Below the pieces are notes generated by a model. That model had not been told where the DNA came from and ran no database searches. It was given only the letters and a program-made list of their open reading frames with translations. Shown piece by piece: positions 38,504 through 48,210 of a DNA stretch of 64,000 bases. Each line of letters opens with the position of its first letter. Within the stretch, counting starts at the first letter, position 1. The position numbers and the translations under genes are program-made. This stretch comes from Vulcanococcus limneticus LL (GTDB lineage Bacteria > Bacteroidota > Bacteroidia > UKL13-3), in NCBI GenBank assembly GCA_943361925.1, contig CALRIT020000010.1, positions 13,334 through 77,333 of the forward strand, given 5' to 3'.

Positions 38504-39340
38504 TTAACCAAGAAAAATAGAACGTTTTGGATTCATGAAAAATGAGTTTTGCTTATGTAAAAGCATATCATCTATAATTTCATCTTTGTTTACTCCTGAA
38601 ACCAATAAAAATTGATCAAGACTAGCAAGTAATACCAATAACTCTTTGTAGTAATTTTCAGGGTAAACTCTTTGTATTGAAAAATGCTGTTTGTAGTTTT
38701 TCAAGTAATCAATCACACTTCTTTCTTGTGTTGCACTATCAGCAGTAACAACTACATTCAGAAACATGTTATTCTCCTGAATTTGATCATTCATCAGGTA
38801 CATAAACAATTTGATGGCATCAAAAGACTTTTTACTACCATCGTACAAGAGAACAACATTCTTAAACGATTGCTGTTCGCATGATAACAATAAAATTGGG
38901 CATTTGGTATTTCTAAGCATTGCTTTTATGCTAGCAAATGAATACCTATCAATATTTTCCTTATTAAAAATGTCTTTACCTACTAAAAACAAATCATTAT
39001 AAAGACTTTGATTTACTAACTTCAAATCAAGATCCTGAGGCGATAAATATACTTTGGTTTTTAATTCCAGTTCATCACACTTACCAACAAATCTTTCAAT
39101 AAACTCATTGCTATTTTCGATATTGGTATGTAAAATTCTTTCTAAAATTTCGCTGCGCGTATACTGATTATTCATTAACTCAGTATTATCAAAAGCTTCA
39201 TGTAAATTCTTAGAACTTATACCTTCAACAAAAGCTCCTTGATAGATATTTTCTTCATTTTTAAAGATTCGGAGAGAACAATCAAGCAATCTTTCAGCTT
39301 TTGAGGTTCCATCCATAAGTATAAGCATATTTCTAATCAC
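38504..39340 (-). CDS. Tandem universal-stress-protein (UspA-like) domain protein, degenerate ATP motif
   Basis: Two halves each resemble USP: LILMDGTSKAE...DLFLVGKD...MLRNTKCPILLL and VVLLYDGSKKS...FLLVSG. The track start at 39340 is a GTG; an ATG at 39328 is the alternative. The stop lies 3 nt before the ccoI start. Confidence 0.55.
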   Translation of the reverse strand: MIRNMLILMDGTSKAERLLDCSLRIFKNEENIYQGAFVEGISSKNLHEAFDNTELMNNQYTRSEILERILHTNIENSNEFIERFVGKCDELELKTKVYLSPQDLDLKLVNQSLYNDLFLVGKDIFNKENIDRYSFASIKAMLRNTKCPILLLSCEQQSFKNVVLLYDGSKKSFDAIKLFMYLMNDQIQENNMFLNVVVTADSATQERSVIDYLKNYKQHFSIQRVYPENYYKELLVLLASLDQFLLVSGVNKDEIIDDMLLHKQNSFFMNPKRSIFLG

Positions 39341-39361
39341 GGCCTTTTGACATTAATATAA

Positions 39362-39369
39362 CAAAAATA
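39362..39369 (-). promoter_or_regulatory. -7 promoter box TATTTTTG for the usp-ccoI-ccoS operon
   Basis: Minus strand reads TATTTTTG, 21 nt upstream of the GTG at 39340 and 33 nt upstream of the ATG at 39328. Confidence 0.5.
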
Positions 39370-39413
39370 GATTGTTCCTAAAAAGCCAAAAATGACTAAC
39401 CTCAGCAGCCATT

Positions 39414-39427
39414 ATGATTTAAGTCAT
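39414..39427 (-). promoter_or_regulatory. Candidate Crp/Fnr-family operator (TGA-N6-TCA palindrome)
   Basis: Plus strand aTGATTTAAGTCAt. It lies 44 nt upstream of the TATTTTTG box, the same spacing as at the ccoNO promoter. Confidence 0.45.
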
Positions 39428-39443
39428 GTAAAAAATAAGTCAG

Positions 39444-40199
39444 CTAAAACCCCTGTGAATCAAGCAAGGAGCAAGTATAATCATAACCAATATCAAAAAT
39501 TTTCTTTGATGCAGATGCCTTAAATAAATTATAATCCATCAAACCCGGAGGCTCAATAAACAAATCACACTTTTCAATGGATGGTAAAATATTGGCTCTT
39601 AATCCAATATGCACAATTCTATCAGCGTAATTACGAATTCGAAATTTATCAGAAAGGTTTTTAACAGGATTTACATACACCCCAATAATTTTATCGGCTT
39701 TTCCTAATAAAGGCTGAACAGGCAAATTGTTCATTAATCCGCCATCAACATAAAGGCAGCCATTAATTTCATAGGGTCTGATAATAATTGGAAGAGCCAT
39801 TGAGGCCATTATTCCATCAACCAGATTTCCACTTTCAAAAACTTCTATACTTGCTTTACTTAGGTTTGTAGCAGATATAAAAAGTGGAATTTTTAAGTCT
39901 TCAAAACTTTCTGCTCTTAAAAACTTAGTCAATGTAATTTTTAATCCATCTGGCTTCAAAAATCCTAAGCGTGGGGCTCTAATTTTCAACATTTTGAAAA
40001 CTTCAAGCCCATTTAATAAATCAAAAATTTCATCCGGAGTATATCCATCAGCATAAAGTGCACCGATGATAGCACCGGCACTTACTCCTGAAATAACAGA
40101 AGGAAAAATTGCTCTTTCATTTAAAGCTTTAAGTGCACCTAAGTGGGCGAATCCGCGGACTCCTCCACCGGATAAAACAATTCCTACAGGGTATTGCAA
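39444..40199 (-). CDS. Patatin-like phospholipase
   Basis: 251 aa. Oxyanion motif LSGGGVRGFAHLG, nucleophile elbow GVSAGA, and the catalytic Asp context YVDGGLMNNLP. Confidence 0.9.
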   Translation of the reverse strand: MQYPVGIVLSGGGVRGFAHLGALKALNERAIFPSVISGVSAGAIIGALYADGYTPDEIFDLLNGLEVFKMLKIRAPRLGFLKPDGLKITLTKFLRAESFEDLKIPLFISATNLSKASIEVFESGNLVDGIMASMALPIIIRPYEINGCLYVDGGLMNNLPVQPLLGKADKIIGVYVNPVKNLSDKFRIRNYADRIVHIGLRANILPSIEKCDLFIEPPGLMDYNLFKASASKKIFDIGYDYTCSLLDSQGF

Positions 40200-40200
40200 A

Positions 40201-40911
40201 TTATACCGAAGCGTGTGATATTTTCTCTAAAGCCTGGCGGTTAAGAATTCTAATTTTCTTTCCCTCCATGTCGATTAGCTTATCGTTTTTAAACTCAGAT
40301 AACAATCTAATTACAGTCTCTGTTGCAGTACCAACAATATTTGCGATATCTTCTCTAGGAAGTGTAACTGCAATTAAATTATCAAGTGTTTGCTCTTCAA
40401 GATGGAATGTTTGATGTAGAAATAACAGGGTTTCTGCTAATCTTTCACGAACACTTTTTTGAGCCAAACTTTGAATTTTTTCATCAGCTATTCCTAAATC
40501 ATGGCACAATGATTTTAACATCATTTTGTTGATTAGAGGATTCTTTTCAACCAATTCCATGAAAACACTTTTTGGTATAAAGCATGAAATTGTATCTTCT
40601 ATACAAGTAGCAGTTGCAACTAATGGTTCATCTGCAATTAATGCACGGTAACCTAAAAATTCACCATCTCTGGCAAATCTTATGATTTGTTCTTTACCAT
40701 CTTTATTAGATCTGGTTAATTTAACCGAACCTTTGCTAAGACAATAAATTCCCAAAGGAATATTGTCTTCATAAAACATTGCTTGACCTTTTTTATAATG
40801 GCTACAAGTTTTAGACATAGATACCTTTTCCTTTTCTTCAGGAGTGCAAAACTGAAGGAAGGAAATGCTTCCGGCATCGCAGTGTTGGCATTCTAAGTAA
40901 ATTTTTTGCAT
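40201..40911 (-). CDS. Crp/Fnr-family transcriptional regulator with an N-terminal Cys cluster (Fnr-like O2 sensor candidate)
   Basis: 236 aa. N-terminal MQKIYLECQHCDAGSISFLQFCTPEEKEKVSMSKTCSHYKK (Cys 8, 11, 22, 36), a cNMP-binding beta-roll (GKEQIIRFARDGEFLGYRAL), and a C-terminal HTH (REDIANIVGTATETVIRLLSEF). The stop is separated by a 1-nt gap from the patatin ATG. Confidence 0.85.
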   Translation of the reverse strand: MQKIYLECQHCDAGSISFLQFCTPEEKEKVSMSKTCSHYKKGQAMFYEDNIPLGIYCLSKGSVKLTRSNKDGKEQIIRFARDGEFLGYRALIADEPLVATATCIEDTISCFIPKSVFMELVEKNPLINKMMLKSLCHDLGIADEKIQSLAQKSVRERLAETLLFLHQTFHLEEQTLDNLIAVTLPREDIANIVGTATETVIRLLSEFKNDKLIDMEGKKIRILNRQALEKISHASV

Positions 40912-40916
40912 TGTGA

Positions 40917-40924
40917 CAAAAGTA
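40917..40924 (-). promoter_or_regulatory. -7 promoter box (TACTTTTG) immediately upstream of the Crp/Fnr gene
   Basis: Minus strand TACTTTTG ends 5 nt before the ATG at 40911, implying a very short leader or none. Confidence 0.3.
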
Positions 40925-40970
40925 TATGAAACTGACCTAAAAATAAAACTATTCTCTTATTTGTCAAATT

Positions 40971-42437
40971 TTAATTTTCACCAAGCCAAACCTTGAAAAA
41001 GAGCTCTTGTTCAGCACTTTGTATTTGCATTTTTTTAAATCTAACATCAAACAAACCTTCATTAGTTTTGAAAAACTCTAATTCACAACCAATTAATTCT
41101 AAAACTTCCTTTAAATATTGGTCATATTTTCCTTTTCCAAACACCAAATCATTAAAATATGATTTAAATGAAATTCCCGAAATTTCTTCCAATAAATGCT
41201 GGTAATCTTTATGACGATATCCTCTACCTAATTTGAATGTACATTCATACATGGCAAACATTACATCATCCAATCGTTTTTTGAAAGATGTACTTTTTAG
41301 AATCATAATATCTGCAATTAATGCAATGATCATTCCTTCTGTATAGATAGAAACTTTTCTTCCTTTTACACCAGAAACATAACCATCTAACCAGGTATCG
41401 AAACTGGAATTAGCCAATGAATAGTTAAATCTGCCTTCATTATTATAATGTTTAGTAAAATCTGAAGAGATACTTGAAGCGTATTGTGTCCAATCCCAAA
41501 CGCCACTTCTCTTTAATAAAACATCACCATAATAGGTTGTTACTCCTTCATAAATATAACCTAATTCACTATAATTTTCTCTGGTAAAATCGTATGGAAA
41601 CATTTCTGCAGGTCTGATTCTTTTTACGTTCCATAAATGAAACAATTCATGGCAACTTATTGCCAAGAAATCATCATAAAAATCGGGATTGCCAAATTCG
41701 CTTGCAGGACCCATGGCTATTACAGTTGAATCTGAATGTTCAACACCATGACGGAATTTGTATGGTAATAAAGGATATAAAAAATGGAATTCAGGACACG
41801 GTATTTCTCCAAAAATTTTGGCCTGAATTCTTGTATAATTCCGGGTATCTTCTTCTAATTGTCTAAAATTCAAAGTTTCAATTCCGTAAAACCAAAAATG
41901 AATCAAACAATTACTCTCTTCAAAAGAATGATGAATTAGATTTGGGGAAGCCATAAATGGACTATCAGCAAACTGATCAAAATTTACTGCCTTAATCAAT
42001 TTATTATCAGATTTTAACTGGCAAGCAATTTTGTAGGAATCAGGAATTTCCAAACTTAATTCACATGGCTCATTAATTCTGCCATCAACATACATAAAAC
42101 AATTTACCGGATTGATATAAACTATATCGGAATCAATATAAGAAGCTCCTGCATCAAACTGATTAGCATAGTATTCATAACAAATTGTAAACTCAGACAA
42201 ACCCTGACAAGATATTTCCCAGGAGTCTTTACTGAGTTTTTTCCAGATTAATTCAGTTCCGGAATTATTTATAGCACAAAACGACCTTATGTTTTTTGCA
42301 TAATTGGCCAATTCGTAACGTCCCGGCCTCCAACTTGGAAGCTGCAACTTTAAAAAATGCTCTCCTCTGGTTTGAATGATTGTTTCAATTCTAACAAAAT
42401 GAGGCTCCTGGTTTGAAATGATTAGCTTGTATCGCAT
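40971..42437 (-). CDS. M61-family metallopeptidase (glycyl aminopeptidase-like)
   Basis: HELFHLWNVKRIRP (HExxH in an M61-typical context). Start set at MRYKLIISNQ. Confidence 0.8.
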   Translation of the reverse strand: MRYKLIISNQEPHFVRIETIIQTRGEHFLKLQLPSWRPGRYELANYAKNIRSFCAINNSGTELIWKKLSKDSWEISCQGLSEFTICYEYYANQFDAGASYIDSDIVYINPVNCFMYVDGRINEPCELSLEIPDSYKIACQLKSDNKLIKAVNFDQFADSPFMASPNLIHHSFEESNCLIHFWFYGIETLNFRQLEEDTRNYTRIQAKIFGEIPCPEFHFLYPLLPYKFRHGVEHSDSTVIAMGPASEFGNPDFYDDFLAISCHELFHLWNVKRIRPAEMFPYDFTRENYSELGYIYEGVTTYYGDVLLKRSGVWDWTQYASSISSDFTKHYNNEGRFNYSLANSSFDTWLDGYVSGVKGRKVSIYTEGMIIALIADIMILKSTSFKKRLDDVMFAMYECTFKLGRGYRHKDYQHLLEEISGISFKSYFNDLVFGKGKYDQYLKEVLELIGCELEFFKTNEGLFDVRFKKMQIQSAEQELFFKVWLGEN

Positions 42438-42451
42438 ATTGCAACACAAAT

Positions 42452-42697
42452 ATGGACATTGCTTACATAGTTACAATTAGCTCCGTGCTAATTTTATTAA
42501 TTTTTTCTGCACTTTCTTTTTTTCAAAGTCAGAATTTACGTTTCCAACTTTGGTTTATTCTTATTGCCGGAATCAATATTGGAATTCTAACAAGTTTAAT
42601 TCTAATCAATTATACCAGCAAAAGCGCTTTAATCTGGCCGGGACTTTTATTGGTTTTTATAATTAACAAAGTGCTTGAAATTAGAAAATACTTGTAA
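42452..42697 (+). CDS. Small hydrophobic protein (81 aa, about 3 helices), uncertain
   Basis: The ORF has three hydrophobic stretches, but it starts only 15 nt from the divergent M61 start. An AT-rich sequence can mimic hydrophobic ORFs. Confidence 0.35.
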   Translation: MDIAYIVTISSVLILLIFSALSFFQSQNLRFQLWFILIAGINIGILTSLILINYTSKSALIWPGLLLVFIINKVLEIRKYL

Positions 42698-42715
42698 TCT
42701 AGGTTAATTACATTT

Positions 42716-43495
42716 CTAAAAAACATGTTCGACTCCGGCACCAAATAAAGCAAAATCGTATTTAACTGGGTCGTTTTTGTCCATTAACTTTAAGTTATTG
42801 GTTAATTCTATTGCCGATTTCCAATCGTTTTGTTCTCTTTCCAATAAGCCAAATTTTCTGGCAACTCTGGCAACATGTAAATCTAAAGGGCATATTAACT
42901 GGCTTGATTTGATTTCTTTCCAAATACCAAAATCAACCCCATTTGCATCACTTCTTACCATCCATCTCAAAAACATATTCAACCTTTTACAAGCAGAACC
43001 CTGATTTGGAGAAGAAATATGCTTTTGTGTACGTTTAGGAACATCGGCCAAAGAAAAGAAATTCATTCTAAAAGTATTTAAGCCTAATTCAATTGTAGGC
43101 TCCGACTTTAAGCCTTTATTTAAAAATGCAGATTCTAAAGAATCATTTTTTAAATACCAGAATTTAAGGAATTCAATAAAATATAATAAATCGGTATCAT
43201 TAAAAGTTCGATGAACAAAACCAAGCAATTTTGATAAATCCTTTTCCTGATGTTTGATGATAAATTCATGAGGTGAATTATCCATTCTATTCAATAAATC
43301 AGTGGCTTTATTGAGAATTGTTACCCTTTGACCCCAAGCAAAAACAGCTGCAAACAAACCTGCAATTTCAATATCCTGTTTTTTCGAAAATTGATGAGGG
43401 ATTGAAACCGGGTCTAATTCTATAAAATGAGTTTGATTATAATGCTTTTCCAAGGCATTCAATAATTCAACTGTTTCCTTTTTAATTTTTATCAT
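42716..43495 (-). CDS. TIGR02757/DUF2400-family protein
   Basis: DPVSIPHQFSKKQDIEIAGLFAAVFAWGQRVTILNKA and PLDLHVARVARKFGLL match my recollection of this family. Start chosen at MIKIKKETV; the track start at 43531 is possible. Confidence 0.6.
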   Translation of the reverse strand: MIKIKKETVELLNALEKHYNQTHFIELDPVSIPHQFSKKQDIEIAGLFAAVFAWGQRVTILNKATDLLNRMDNSPHEFIIKHQEKDLSKLLGFVHRTFNDTDLLYFIEFLKFWYLKNDSLESAFLNKGLKSEPTIELGLNTFRMNFFSLADVPKRTQKHISSPNQGSACKRLNMFLRWMVRSDANGVDFGIWKEIKSSQLICPLDLHVARVARKFGLLEREQNDWKSAIELTNNLKLMDKNDPVKYDFALFGAGVEHVF

Positions 43496-43608
43496 TTCAA
43501 CCAATACTAAAGCAAACATCCCATTTATCAAATCATATTTTGTTATTTTAAAAGTAAAAACTTGATTTGCTTTGCTTTTAAACGAACCAAATATTTTAAA
43601 TCAACCAT

Positions 43609-45669
43609 ATGAGAATTAAAAACATGATGATGCTAGGCGTTGTTAGTGCAGGACTTACATTAGGCTCTTGCAACAGCGACAACAAGAAAACAGGAGCAGA
43701 AACGGCTTCGAATTTTGAAGTAGAATGCGACCAGTTTGCCGATTTACAAGTGCTTCGTTTCGAAATCCCGGGATTTGAAACCTTAACAGCCCAACAAAAA
43801 GAATTGGCCTATTATTTATATGAAGCTGCAAATTGCGGTAGAGATATTATTTATGACCAACATTACAAACACAATTTAAGAATCAGAAAAACATTAGAAG
43901 CGATTTTAACAAGCTACAATGGCGACAAAAATTCTGAAGATTGGAAGAATTTTGAAACCTATGCAAAACGTGTTTTCTTCTCAAACGGAATTCACCACCA
44001 CTACAGCAATATTAAGTTTGTACCTACTTGCAGTGCAGAATATTTTGCTAAACTAGTAGCGGGTTCTGATGCTGCTGCAATTCCAATGAATGGTCAATCT
44101 GCTGAAGATTTCATTAAAGAAATGACTCCAATTATTTTTGATGCAAATTTAGATGCAAAAACTGTAAACCTTGCTTCCGGTATTGATAACGTAACTGCTA
44201 GTGCAAACAACTTTTACGAAGGTGTTACCCAAAAAGAAGTTGAAGCATTTTACGCTGCTAAAATCGACCCAAAAGACGAACAACCAATTTCATGGGGATT
44301 AAACTCAAAAATGACTAAAGAAAATGGCGTTTTAGTTGAAAAAGTTTGGAAACAAGGTGGAATGTACGGTGCTGCTATTGATAAAATTATCTTTTGGTTA
44401 GAGAAAGCTGTAAACGTTGCAGAAAACGACAAACAAAAGAAAGCACTTTCTTTATTGGTTGAATACTACAAAACCGGCGATTTAAAGAAATGGGATGAAT
44501 ACAATATTGCTTGGGTAAATGATACCGAAAGCAGATTAGATGTTGTTAATGGTTTCATTGAAGTTTATGGTGATGCAATTGGTAAAAGAGCCACTTTTGA
44601 ATCGGTTGTAAGTTTAAAAGATTTAGAAGCTACAAAACGTATTGCTGCTATTGCTAAAGAAGCACAATGGTTCGAAGACCACTCTCCTATTGCTGATAAT
44701 CATAAAAAGAAAAATGTAAAAGGTATTACAGCTAAAGTTATTACTGTTATTCAAGAAGCAGGAGATGCTGCTCCATCAACTCCAATTGGAATCAATCTTC
44801 CAAACGCAAACTGGATCAGACAACAACATGGTTCTAAATCGGTTTCTTTAGGAAATATTGTTCATAGCTATAATGTAGTTGGTGCAAAAAGTCCGATGAT
44901 GAAAGAGTTTGCATTAACTCAGGAAGAAATCGACAGAAATGCAAAATATGGTTCATTAGGAAGTGATTTACATACAGATATGCACGAAGTAATCGGACAT
45001 GCTTCTGGCAAAATCAATCCTGGTGTTGGCGATCCTGACCAAACTTTGAAAAACTATGCAAGTACATTAGAAGAAGCTCGTGCCGATTTAGTTGCTCTTT
45101 ATTATGTAATGGATCCAAAATTGGTTGAATTAGGTGTAATGCCAAGTTTAGAAGTTGGTAAAACTGAATACGATAACTATATCAGAAATGGATTAATTAC
45201 TCAGTTAACCCGATTAAACATTGGAGAAAACCTAGAAGAAGCGCACATGCGTAACAGACAATTAAACGCAAAATGGGCTTATGAAATGGGCAAAAAAGAC
45301 AATGTTATTGAATTCGTAAAAAAAGACGGTAAAACTTATGTGAAGGTGAATAATTACGAAAAATTACGTGAATTGTTCGGAATGTTATTAAAAGAAATCC
45401 AACGTATTAAATCTGAAGGAGACTACAAAGCTGCAACAGATTTAGTTGAAGGATACGGAGTTAATGTTGATCAAACTTTATTAAAAGAAGTAAAAGAAAG
45501 ATTCGAGAAATTGAATGTTGCTGCTTATAAAGGATTTGTTCAACCTAAATTGGTTCCTGTAATGGAAGGTGATAAAATCATCGATGTAAATGTTGAATAC
45601 CCAAGCAACTTCTTACAAAACCAATTAGAATTAGGTAAAAACTATGGTTTCTTACCTGTAAAAAACTAA
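43609..45669 (+). CDS. Dipeptidyl-peptidase III-like M49 metallopeptidase, lipoprotein
   Basis: HEVIGHASGK (the HExxGH zinc motif) and EEARADL (second zinc motif). N-terminal LTLGSC lipobox. Confidence 0.8.
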   Translation: MRIKNMMMLGVVSAGLTLGSCNSDNKKTGAETASNFEVECDQFADLQVLRFEIPGFETLTAQQKELAYYLYEAANCGRDIIYDQHYKHNLRIRKTLEAILTSYNGDKNSEDWKNFETYAKRVFFSNGIHHHYSNIKFVPTCSAEYFAKLVAGSDAAAIPMNGQSAEDFIKEMTPIIFDANLDAKTVNLASGIDNVTASANNFYEGVTQKEVEAFYAAKIDPKDEQPISWGLNSKMTKENGVLVEKVWKQGGMYGAAIDKIIFWLEKAVNVAENDKQKKALSLLVEYYKTGDLKKWDEYNIAWVNDTESRLDVVNGFIEVYGDAIGKRATFESVVSLKDLEATKRIAAIAKEAQWFEDHSPIADNHKKKNVKGITAKVITVIQEAGDAAPSTPIGINLPNANWIRQQHGSKSVSLGNIVHSYNVVGAKSPMMKEFALTQEEIDRNAKYGSLGSDLHTDMHEVIGHASGKINPGVGDPDQTLKNYASTLEEARADLVALYYVMDPKLVELGVMPSLEVGKTEYDNYIRNGLITQLTRLNIGENLEEAHMRNRQLNAKWAYEMGKKDNVIEFVKKDGKTYVKVNNYEKLRELFGMLLKEIQRIKSEGDYKAATDLVEGYGVNVDQTLLKEVKERFEKLNVAAYKGFVQPKLVPVMEGDKIIDVNVEYPSNFLQNQLELGKNYGFLPVKN

Positions 45670-45690
45670 TCTACAATAAATTTTTAGAAG

Positions 45691-45719
45691 AGCTCGGAAG
45701 CAATTCCGAGCTTTTTTTA
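45691..45719 (+). terminator. Rho-independent terminator after the M49 peptidase gene
   Basis: agctcggaa / gcaa / ttccgagct followed by ttttttt. Confidence 0.85.
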
Positions 45720-46033
45720 TGTGCTTTCCATTCTATAAAAATGAAGTTTATACTAATAATTAGCAGATTTAAAATAGATAAAGTCTTAGAAATTTAAAAA
45801 GTATAATTTGAGACTAAAGATTTGGAATTTCTACTTTATCAAATTACAGTAAGCTCATATTTAAACTATTCATAGAATCAAAAAAGATTTTACCATTTAC
45901 TCTATTGGCTTTAACAATTTTAATTAATAGAGAGATTAAGAAAATAAAAATTTAATACTTCAAAAAACAGATTAATTCCATTTACAAAAGCAATTAACTA
46001 AATTGCATGTATTCAAATTTTAAAATCAAGAAA

Positions 46034-46672
46034 ATGAAAAAAATAATCTTCTTAGGACTCATGTTGGTTCTGCAAACATTTGCTCATGCACAAGAATTTG
46101 AGCTTGGCATAAAACTGGGAGTTAACAGTGGGAAAAGTCAGTTAAAAGACCTTCAAAACTATTCTCTAAATGCTGATGCTGCTGCGAAATTACATGGTGG
46201 TGTTTATGCAAGACTAAAGTTATGGGCAGTTGGAATTTATGTACAACCAGAATGTTTAATCACAACTCGTGCATCTGATTTATCTATTTCAGGAAGCAAC
46301 CTGAGTACCAATTCAAGTATTAAAGATGTAACAGTAAAACATAGTGGTTTATATGCTGATGTTCCAGTTTTACTTGGAATGAAATTCATCAAATTATTTA
46401 GAGTTTATGCAGGACCAAATTTTCAATTTTTACTGAATCAGAATACAGAAATTCCTACACAAGCTGATTTAGTTAAAAAGTTTGATTTAAAATCGAATAC
46501 CACCGGAATTGTTATTGGTGCAGGTGTTGATGTTTGGAGACTTAGAGGTGATATTCGTTGGGATTATTCAAATAATTTGGGTTCGAATATTCAATTTAAT
46601 GGAACTCAACCAAGCTTAAGAAGCTCTATGATTTCATTCCAGGTTTCTTATAAACTATTTGGTGTATTGTAA
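46034..46672 (+). CDS. Small outer-membrane beta-barrel protein (porin-family type)
   Basis: Start at MKKIIFLGLMLVLQTFAHAQ. Alternating strands, ending FQVSYKLFGVL. Confidence 0.6.
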   Translation: MKKIIFLGLMLVLQTFAHAQEFELGIKLGVNSGKSQLKDLQNYSLNADAAAKLHGGVYARLKLWAVGIYVQPECLITTRASDLSISGSNLSTNSSIKDVTVKHSGLYADVPVLLGMKFIKLFRVYAGPNFQFLLNQNTEIPTQADLVKKFDLKSNTTGIVIGAGVDVWRLRGDIRWDYSNNLGSNIQFNGTQPSLRSSMISFQVSYKLFGVL

Positions 46673-46674
46673 TC

Positions 46675-47037
46675 ATGAATGTTGAGATTTTCAGAGATTA
46701 TTGTTTATCAAAAAAAGGAGCTGAAGAAACATTTCCTTTTGATGAAACTACATTGGTTTTTAAAGTTGGTAATAAAATGTTCTGTTTAATCGGACTTGAA
46801 AATGCAGACCGTTGTAATTTAAAATGCGAGCCTGAAAAAGCAATTGAACTAAGACAACAATATGAATCAATTGTTCCGGGTTGGCACATGAGTAAAACAC
46901 ATTGGAACACTGTTTATTTCAATATGGATGTAAGTGATAAATTAATTTTTGAACTTATTGACCATTCCTACGAATTGGTGTACACTAGTTTACCTAAAAA
47001 AATTAAAACAGAAATCGATGAATTACAGGAACTTTAG
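46675..47037 (+). CDS. MmcQ/YjbR-family protein
   Basis: 120 aa. FRDYCLSKKGAEETFPFDETTLVFKVGNKMFCLI and GWHMSKTHWNTV are typical of YjbR. Confidence 0.75.
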   Translation: MNVEIFRDYCLSKKGAEETFPFDETTLVFKVGNKMFCLIGLENADRCNLKCEPEKAIELRQQYESIVPGWHMSKTHWNTVYFNMDVSDKLIFELIDHSYELVYTSLPKKIKTEIDELQEL

Positions 47038-47073
47038 TTTAAAATAATCAAACAGAATTGTCTACATAAAAAA

Positions 47074-47108
47074 AGCTCAAGAAAAATGAAAATTTCTTGA
47101 GCTTTTTT
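47074..47108 (+). terminator. Rho-independent terminator
   Basis: agctcaagaaa / 8-nt loop / tttcttgagct followed by ttttt. Confidence 0.85.
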
Positions 47109-47138
47109 CATTTGGTTTTGTTTCTTTGCTCAATACTC

Positions 47139-48155
47139 ATGCATATATTTCAGAACAAATCTTTAAAACCCTATAATACTTTCGGCATTGAAGCCAAGGC
47201 CGAGCAGTTTGTTGAAGTCAATACTCCTGAAGAAGTTCAGGTACTGTGTCAGACCTTTAATTTGGTAGACAGAAAGTTATTGGTATTAGGAGGAGGTTCA
47301 AACATCCTTCTAACAGGGGATTTTAATGGAATGGTTATCAAAGTAAATCTTAAAGGATTAGATGTTATTCGTGAAGATGAAAATCATGTTTGGGTTAAAG
47401 CAATGGCCGGTGAAAAATGGCATGATTTTGTTGTTTATTGTGTGAACAGAAACTATGCAGGAGTTGAAAATTTGTCATTAATTCCGGGATGTGTTGGCGC
47501 TGCTCCCATGCAAAATATTGGAGCCTATGGTGCTGAAATAAAAGACACTTTTGAAGAACTATTTGCCATTGAAATCGAAAGTGGCAAATTGGTTAAATTC
47601 AACAATAAAGATTGTGGATTTGGTTATAGAGAAAGCGTTTTTAAAAATGAACTGAAAGGTAAATACATCATTATTTCGGTTACATTTAAGTTGAGTAAAA
47701 ATCCAAATTTAAACACAACTTATGGTGCAATTCAGGAAACCCTGAACAAAAAAGGAATAAGCAATCCGAGTATAAAAGAGGTAAGTGAGGCAGTAATTGC
47801 TATCAGACAAAGTAAACTTCCCGACCCAAAAGAGCTGGGAAACTCGGGTAGCTTTTTTAAAAATCCTGAAATTCATAATGAGAAATTCAAAAGTTTAAAA
47901 AATCAATTTCCAGAAATTCCCGGATATCCAACCAATAATGGGATGATTAAAATTGCAGCCGGTTGGCTCATCGAACAATGCGGTTGGAAAGGAAAAGTTG
48001 TCGGAAATACAGGTGCTCATAAAAATCAAGCCTTGGTTTTAGTCAATTATGGTGATGCAAACGGAGCTGAAATTCTCAATTTAGCCAAAGCAATTCAGGA
48101 ATCTGTACAAGAAAAGTTTGGAATTCAAATCAATCCTGAAGTAAATATCATTTAA
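47139..48155 (+). CDS. murB: UDP-N-acetylenolpyruvoylglucosamine reductase
   Basis: MHIFQNKSLKPYNTFGIEAKA, LVLGGGSNIL, GVENLSLIPGCVGAAPMQNIGAYG and GSFFKNP. The track start at 47097 lies inside the upstream terminator. Confidence 0.9.
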   Translation: MHIFQNKSLKPYNTFGIEAKAEQFVEVNTPEEVQVLCQTFNLVDRKLLVLGGGSNILLTGDFNGMVIKVNLKGLDVIREDENHVWVKAMAGEKWHDFVVYCVNRNYAGVENLSLIPGCVGAAPMQNIGAYGAEIKDTFEELFAIEIESGKLVKFNNKDCGFGYRESVFKNELKGKYIIISVTFKLSKNPNLNTTYGAIQETLNKKGISNPSIKEVSEAVIAIRQSKLPDPKELGNSGSFFKNPEIHNEKFKSLKNQFPEIPGYPTNNGMIKIAAGWLIEQCGWKGKVVGNTGAHKNQALVLVNYGDANGAEILNLAKAIQESVQEKFGIQINPEVNII

Positions 48156-48210
48156 TAAGTTCCTACATATTTGGTGCATTCAATTTCGCAAAGCATATTT
48201 GCGGGTTCAA

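Noticed and set aside
40912-40970. Search for a third TGA-N6-TCA operator upstream of the Crp/Fnr gene itself (autoregulation).
   Set aside because: The 59-bp interval has no palindrome of that form. Only a TACTTTTG box is present, right next to the ATG.
45720-46033. A 314-bp AT-rich intergenic region inspected for an RNA gene or mobile-element remnant. So were the gaps at 51873-52084 and 62901-63169.
   Set aside because: I found no extended helices, no tRNA-like cloverleaf, no conserved RNase P, tmRNA or SRP boxes, and no terminal inverted repeats. These look like promoter-bearing spacers. This is a by-eye judgement only.
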